From assembly GCA_010015805.1 (NCBI GenBank), contig ML978126.1:1178001-1242000 (forward strand): DNA of 64,000 nt, written 5' to 3'. The translations under genes and the position numbers were made by a program. The stretch comes from Rhizodiscina lignyota (lineage: Eukaryota). Positions 58,103 to 64,000 of the stretch are shown here, piece after piece; within the stretch, counting starts at the first letter, position 1, and each line of letters starts with the position of its first letter. Under the pieces are notes generated by a model, which saw only the letters and a list, made by a program, of their open reading frames with translations, had not been told where the DNA came from and made no database searches.

Positions 58103-59047
58103 TCAGACACTCGACGTCTTGGTCGCCATCTCTTCCGTATCACTTCCCGCACTAACAACCGTCTTCTCAGTTGCTCCTCCCATGGAGCGGTAGTCGAAGC
58201 ACCAGCCCGGGTGGAAGGCATTCAGCGCCACCGTCGCGACAACACACATGACCGAGTCCAGAGCAATGAAGCCAGCCTCGTTCTGCATGATGCTGTTGCC
58301 CCAGCCACCGGCCATCTCAGCGACACGGTAGATGCAACGGATGAGGATGGCGGAGTAGGCGATGCAGAGAGCGACGAGGAAGAAGCGGAACTTGCGGCTG
58401 CGGCGGAGGTCGAATGTCATCGGGTTGAGCTCGTTCTTGTGCGTGCGCACGCGGAGCGCGTATTCGGTGGCGAGCACGCCGAAGATGAGCAGCGTGAAGA
58501 CCTGGAAGGCCAGACCGGTGATCATGAGATTGTCGCCGACGTCCATGAGGCTGTCGCCCGGGCCGTTGGCGACGGAGGCGAGCGCACCACCGGCGCCTTG
58601 CAGCACGATGCTGAAGATGTCGCAGGTGATGAAGATGTAGGTGTACCATTTGGGCCTGAGCCTGGAGAATTCGGCGCCGAAGATGATGATGATGTGCTTG
58701 AGCGTGAAGTAGATGCCAGCGGCGAGGAAGGCAGGAGCGAAGGTGAGCAGGACGATCTGCAGCTTGAAGCCGGCGTCGCTGAAGGCGTCGTTGTGGAGCA
58801 TGATTCTGCCACCGTAGCCTGCGGCTTCGCACAAGTTGCCGATGACCATCACGATGAGGAAGGACCATGTCTTGAATTTGATGCCCTGGACGCTGTGGAT
58901 GAGGCCCGAGAGGAGGAAGATTGCGAGGAAAAGAGCGTTGGCGGCGAGGCTAGGAGCATAGCCGTAGATTGAGGCACTGGCTGGGCAGGTATCTTTTGTG
59001 CAGTTACCGCCATTGTCGGCACGCCGAAACAGTTCGAGTGCATCCAT
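58103..59047 (-). CDS. RTA1/Rsb1-family 7-TM protein
   Basis: YGYAPSLAAN, EAAGYGGRI, APAFLAAGIY, FITCDIFSIVLQGAGG, GLAFQ, IRCIYRVAE and FHPG. Confidence 0.95.
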   Translation of the reverse strand: MDALELFRRADNGGNCTKDTCPASASIYGYAPSLAANALFLAIFLLSGLIHSVQGIKFKTWSFLIVMVIGNLCEAAGYGGRIMLHNDAFSDAGFKLQIVLLTFAPAFLAAGIYFTLKHIIIIFGAEFSRLRPKWYTYIFITCDIFSIVLQGAGGALASVANGPGDSLMDVGDNLMITGLAFQVFTLLIFGVLATEYALRVRTHKNELNPMTFDLRRSRKFRFFLVALCIAYSAILIRCIYRVAEMAGGWGNSIMQNEAGFIALDSVMCVVATVALNAFHPGWCFDYRSMGGATEKTVVSAGSDTEEMATKTSSV

Positions 59048-61540
59048 CTTGAGTGTCTTTCAAGAGATTGTAGTAGTTGAAAGAGTGGCCTCAGGACAGA
59101 ACCTTTATAAGGGTCGCTGGCGGTTCAAAAGAAGGTTGAAATTCGTCGCAGTCGAACTGGATACTAAAAAGAGGTCGAGGCTGAATAAATACGTATTGTC
59201 GAACTTAAATAGGTACAGATGATATGGTGTCCTAAATGGGAAAGCTGGACGTAGCACAGGTAGGGCTGTCAAGGTTGAAGGGGGCCAGGAGCGAAGTTGA
59301 AGACTGCCGAAAGGGCTGGACAAACTCCAATTCAATTGAGTGGAGAGGAGGGTCTAAAGGAAAGCACTTCCCCTATATACACCTTACTCGAACGACGACA
59401 GGAAAAGCCAAGGAATGCATGATGAATTACTCCAAACGGAGATACGGGGCACTGGCGCAACCATCGTGCCATTCGTACCACCAAGCGAATCCATCTGCAC
59501 TTCCCACCACAGCCTCCCTTGGAAGCGAGCAGCCACGGCAGTGCCAAATTGCAAGACCTACCGGTGCAATACGCTGCCAGGCGCGCCTGTGAAACGTGCA
59601 ATTGAATCCTTCCGCCGCTGCAACCAGCGTCCGGGTTGCGTAGAGACTGAGTCGAGTCCATCGTGCCCTGTGAGGTGGAATCGGGCGTTAGGCACGGCAA
59701 GCGAGTCCACTAGAGGCAAGGAGATCGAACTCTTTGGGAAGAGTTTGCGAAACCTTGCGGTGCTGTTTCCTATGAGCGTTTACGGCCGCGTGCCTGCACA
59801 GCGTTCCAATTTTACGGGCGTAGGGTCACCGGTGTCTGGTTGAGCGGGTGGCTTGACATAGCCCGTAGGGCTGATGACAGCAGATGAATACGGTACGCTA
59901 ACACGCCGGAAGAGGTTTAGAGGAAGGTGAAATCCACACTTGTCCTTTTGCAGCCTGGCTTGCGAGATGAAAGCGCGTTCAACTTAAACAACACTCCAAA
60001 TCTCGGATCCTACTCCAAGCCAAGAGGCTTTTTTTCCCTCGGACGCGTCTCTCATTCGGCCCGTCAACAGCAGAGCCGTCATAGACGCAGTCTAAGCCTC
60101 AGGCCGCGAAAGACTCTGAAGACTCTGAAGCTTTTCGCCAAGCGAGTGTGCAGAGTGAGTTACGAGTGCTCTTGCGTTACGGGCAGAAGAAAGGCCGATT
60201 GTGGGTCGCGACGTCTTGCACTTCTGTCCAAGGACACTGAGGTACCGAGGCAAGATGCTCGAACGGCGCCAGGCAGAAGCACTTTTCAAGCGCGTCTCGC
60301 CCCCTTTACCTAGAAAGTGACGTGAACGATTGCTAGCGAAGCATCCAGACGGGAAGCTCGATTCTTATACCTCTCGCGCGATATATGAGTTAAGCCGGCC
60401 GCACGCCCTCAATATCATTGGGCATCATCTCCTATCTCTGCTCACGCATGCCTGTGTATCAGTGCTCTCTCCCCTGTCATGAAATAACGGCCGTTCGCAG
60501 GAGAAGCGCAATCGCAAGCGAGCGAGCAGGTCGCTCTACCCGGCTCTCGGAAGGATTCCGTCCCACGTTTTACGCCAGGGAGATATATACAGCAAAGAAC
60601 CCTACGTCTGTACACTGCACCAGCTATCGAAAAGCATATGGTTCCGCTTTTTGCACCGGCCCAGCCCTTCGTGGCTTAGATAATAAGGGAAACTCTGGTC
60701 ACGGGAATAGCACGGACATCTACCCACCCCCTTACATACGGAAAAGCGACGACACAGGGACGAAGAACGGCCAATGCGATTGAAGTTATCCGGGAACACG
60801 GTGAAGGAAAAGCAGGTACTATCACATCCTGTAGTGGAGAATTCGACCGCGACGAAGCAATGCACAGTTAAAATCAGGCATGGCGGGTCATCTTCTCCAA
60901 GTCAATTCCTTAGTCACGCATGCATTGAGAACATCTTCAGCTGAATAGACAGGACAATCCCCAGAGCAGATGCATGTTGTGTAAAGCCCTACGATCTATT
61001 TACAAGCAAGCCGCAAAAGCGAAGCAATCCGAGTGAACCCCGTTTCGTATGCCCGATGCTCAGTTTCCCATACCGTATCCTACCCATATTCCTGTTCCAG
61101 CCATCTTCGTGCGCCCTCGCGAGCTCCACCGGCCGGAAATGCAGGTCGTCACTTATTGTTGTTGGTAATCCAGAAAATACGAGAGCCAGCCAGCCATTCT
61201 ATTTTGTCTATAATGTGATTTCGGTGATGTTAAAGCAGTCATTCGATGAAAGAGCGGGAACAGTAAGAAAAACCATTGACAAGCAAACGCCACATGTGCT
61301 ATGCAAAATCCGTTCCGTTTTCTATGCGAATGGAGCTGTACGCTCCCAATTTGAGAAGAGTCGTCAAAGGAGCAAAACCGTAAACAAACATACGGAAAGT
61401 CAAGAATTCGAACAGGCGTATCGCGATGGTGACAGTCGAGGGGCGAGATCCCCATGCTGACTGATGAATTCGTACCAAGTCAAAGATCGAGGCGGTCGAG
61501 GGCGGAAGTTCGGGGTTTAGTAGTTGATAGGGAAAGATCG

Positions 61541-64000
61541 TCAAGCCACAGTCGTCGGGACGATCCTTGTGAAGAGCAGCTTCATGTCCAGAGTTAGGTC
61601 CTCCATTCCGTATTGGTCGTCGAGGGTGCCGATGCTCCCAAGGTCGAAATCTCTTCCCGTCTTGCCCTGCTCGCTCGCCATCCAGTGTTTGATGCGCTTC
61701 AGCAGGTCCATCACGTAAGCGAATCTCGTATCAGCGGGCAGCTGCCATTCAGGAGTAGCACCGACATTGCCCGCACTGGCGTTCGCCAACGCTTTCGATG
61801 TGCGTTGACAAAATTGGACCGCGAGGTAGTAAAAGTAGATCCCGTCTCTGCAGAAACCAACCCGGGGTAAGCGCTCACGGCCTCCGGATCCTTGAGATGT
61901 AGGGCTCACGGATGCTGCTGGAGAATATTGAATGTCGTTGTCCATGTCCCAGCTTCGTTTCCACTTTTCGAGAGCGGCTTTGATACCACGTAAGCCGACT
62001 TGGGCATATGCAAAACTGAGACCGAAGCTCTCGGGCGTAGCAGCTCCACTGTTCGCACTGTTCGCGATGCTGATTGTTGCCGTCTCAGGGGTGCTGCCTC
62101 CACTGACTGAATTGTGGCGTCCGGTGAGGGTGTGTAGAGTGCTGCCCTGGGAACTCCGCCGTTGGATGACCCAGAGGATGGAATGAAGTGCGTGAATTAG
62201 GATGAACTTGCTATACGCGTTTGTATCCCTCGTCTTGGCAGGGGTTGACAGGTCAAACAGTGAACGCAGCGCAGCTTGAAATTCCGGTTGCCTTGCTGAA
62301 AGACTGCCGCTGGTGTTTTGAGTAGATTGAGCGTCAGGCCCATAAAGGCCAAGCATCCTTGCACAGTCCTCAGATGATGTCGCCTCCCAGGCCGCGTCGT
62401 CGGAGGGTAGCCGGAGCTGAATTTCTGCAGGATCGAAGTGAGGAGGTGAATTAAAGTAGAGCGTGAGGGCCATGTCTAGGAGATAAAAGATGTATAATGC
62501 TCGAGAGCGCTTCTCTTGCTCAATCCAGGAGAACCAGTCCCAGCTAGTATCGGGCAGTTGCGGAGCGGAATCCAGTTGATGAAGAACGCTGGGCTTAACG
62601 GTGTGCGATAATCCTGTATGCTGAAGAAGGCCACAATAACGGCCAACTGCTGCAATGAGATGGAATTCCTCGCGAGCCTGGGCCCTTTGTGCTTGGTTGC
62701 CATGCCAGAGAAACAGGCAGATGAGAAGGCCCAAAGCTTGTACCTCTTCGATTTCATAGTGACAGTTCATATCGGCAGAAGGCTTAGTTGAATTTTTGAC
62801 TGCCGCAATTAAAGGTGAGGCTCGATAAACAGCAGTCTTGACGAGTTCCATCAACCACCGAACTTGGGGGACGTCCAATTTGTCAGAGTATACGGCACCG
62901 ATGCAAATCATTCCTAGTACGAGAGCATCGCTTGCCGTACAAGGGTTGAAAGTTGGCATATGCAGCATCGGCCAGTGGCCTTGGTAGTTTTTGAATTCTT
63001 CGAGGAAATCGCGCACGTTTTCGGAAGTTAAAAGCTGTCGTAACCGAGCTTCGTTTTGGTGATCGTGAAGCTGCACGCCGGAATTCGAATATGTAATACA
63101 GAAAGAGATGAGTTGCGCAATCTTGTTCTCTACAGGGTCGTTCATATCCCACGCGCCAAAGTTCTGACGGGTGTTGAAGCCAGAGGGATCTGTGTAGAGG
63201 CCGCTGAAAGCATCGTCGTTGGTCGAGAAATCGTTATTGAGCAGCTGGCCGCCCGGCTCGACCTTGACTTTCGTCCAGTCAAGCGTGGCGTTGGGATGGA
63301 GCTGAGATGGATACTCGTTGTGGTTCCAACCCATGTCGTTGTGCAGCTGCTGCCCATTCTGTGCACTCTCAACATCAGCCTTTTGGAACGAAGATGCCAT
63401 CGGACCCCCTCGATCCTGCTGATGGTGATGAGTATGCTGACCTTCCTGTTGTAACATATTCTGGGCAGCCTCTTGAGCTCCATAGCCACCATAAGCATGC
63501 CCGTTTTGCAGTCCATTTTGAACAGTGTGGACTGGTGACTGGTTCGTCGACATAGTACCAGACTGTGTGCCATTAGGCATCATCGATGGGAGAGCGCCGG
63601 GAGTCGAAAAGGCGCTGTAGTTCTCGTAGCCACCGCGCGAAGTTGAGATTTGCTCAAGCGCGGACATGCTCCTACGATTCTCTAAAAAAGAGTTCGCTGG
63701 GCGTGCGACGCTGTTCGAACGCGAGTTTCTGGCTGAACTCGGATGCATGCCATCAGGATAAGATTGTTGAGGCATCATTGATGGCATTTGGCCCATCTGG
63801 TTGACAGATCCATCGTAGACTGGCGAAGGATTGACGGGGTTCAGAAAATGAATATTCTGCGTAGTGTCGATTGACTGGCGGTTCTTTTGAAGATGCGCTC
63901 GCGATCCCTCCAGATGATCCATGTCTCCAACAACGCCTCGGCGAACAGAGCATTTCTGGAAATGTCTCTTGAGGATGTCACTGCGTGAGAATGTATCCTT
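61541..64000 (-). CDS. Zinc-finger transcription factor with fungal-specific TF domain (5' end outside the window)
   Basis: The frame is open to the window edge. KDTFSRSDILKRHFQKC is the end of a C2H2/C2HC finger. HWPMLHMPTF..ICIGAVYS..WIEQEKRSR..LPSDDAAWEA is the fungal TF middle domain. Confidence 0.9.
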   Translation of the reverse strand, partial: KDTFSRSDILKRHFQKCSVRRGVVGDMDHLEGSRAHLQKNRQSIDTTQNIHFLNPVNPSPVYDGSVNQMGQMPSMMPQQSYPDGMHPSSARNSRSNSVARPANSFLENRRSMSALEQISTSRGGYENYSAFSTPGALPSMMPNGTQSGTMSTNQSPVHTVQNGLQNGHAYGGYGAQEAAQNMLQQEGQHTHHHQQDRGGPMASSFQKADVESAQNGQQLHNDMGWNHNEYPSQLHPNATLDWTKVKVEPGGQLLNNDFSTNDDAFSGLYTDPSGFNTRQNFGAWDMNDPVENKIAQLISFCITYSNSGVQLHDHQNEARLRQLLTSENVRDFLEEFKNYQGHWPMLHMPTFNPCTASDALVLGMICIGAVYSDKLDVPQVRWLMELVKTAVYRASPLIAAVKNSTKPSADMNCHYEIEEVQALGLLICLFLWHGNQAQRAQAREEFHLIAAVGRYCGLLQHTGLSHTVKPSVLHQLDSAPQLPDTSWDWFSWIEQEKRSRALYIFYLLDMALTLYFNSPPHFDPAEIQLRLPSDDAAWEATSSEDCARMLGLYGPDAQSTQNTSGSLSARQPEFQAALRSLFDLSTPAKTRDTNAYSKFILIHALHSILWVIQRRSSQGSTLHTLTGRHNSVSGGSTPETATISIANSANSGAATPESFGLSFAYAQVGLRGIKAALEKWKRSWDMDNDIQYSPAASVSPTSQGSGGRERLPRVGFCRDGIYFYYLAVQFCQRTSKALANASAGNVGATPEWQLPADTRFAYVMDLLKRIKHWMASEQGKTGRDFDLGSIGTLDDQYGMEDLTLDMKLLFTRIVPTTVA

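Noticed and set aside
58007..58972. Long antisense ORFs over RTA1 (likewise over SEC27, mpdA, the transporter and FOL1)
   Set aside because: Expected shadow ORFs from strong C/G-ending codon bias in the real genes.
1..64000. CRISPR arrays, transposons, rRNA or prokaryotic operons
   Set aside because: The sequence is intron-containing fungal DNA. No repeat-spacer array, transposase/RT ORF, LTR/TIR pair or rRNA motif was seen.

Overview
Gene-dense, intron-containing eukaryotic DNA from a filamentous ascomycete (Pezizomycotina; the lineage is inferred from gene content and intron style). About 22 protein genes are recognisable: SEC27 (coatomer beta'), the signalling mucin MSB2, TDP1, acyl-CoA-binding protein, a HeLo/SesA-like N-terminal ORF followed by an ankyrin-like ORF, HRQ1 helicase, a hexose transporter, a FOL1-type HPPK-DHPS, mannitol-1-phosphate dehydrogenase, an R3H-associated protein, a J-domain protein, a GH115 alpha-glucuronidase, a divergent ATP-grasp protein, an atypical kinase, a cytochrome P450, a small barrel-like protein, an RTA1 protein and a partial zinc-finger transcription factor. 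Two disrupted genes lie at about 29.6-33.8 kb. The most interesting signal is non-coding. The ~4.5 kb interval between MSB2 and TDP1 has no credible protein gene. Its minus strand carries a 13-nt exact complement of the TTAGGG telomere repeat (AACCCUAACCCUA, 12411-12423), flanked by hairpins whose G-U pairs only work on that strand, with pseudoknot-compatible pairings downstream. This is a candidate telomerase RNA (TER) gene head-to-head with TDP1. It is an inference that needs covariance-model and expression tests. All family calls are by motif recognition; no database searches were run.
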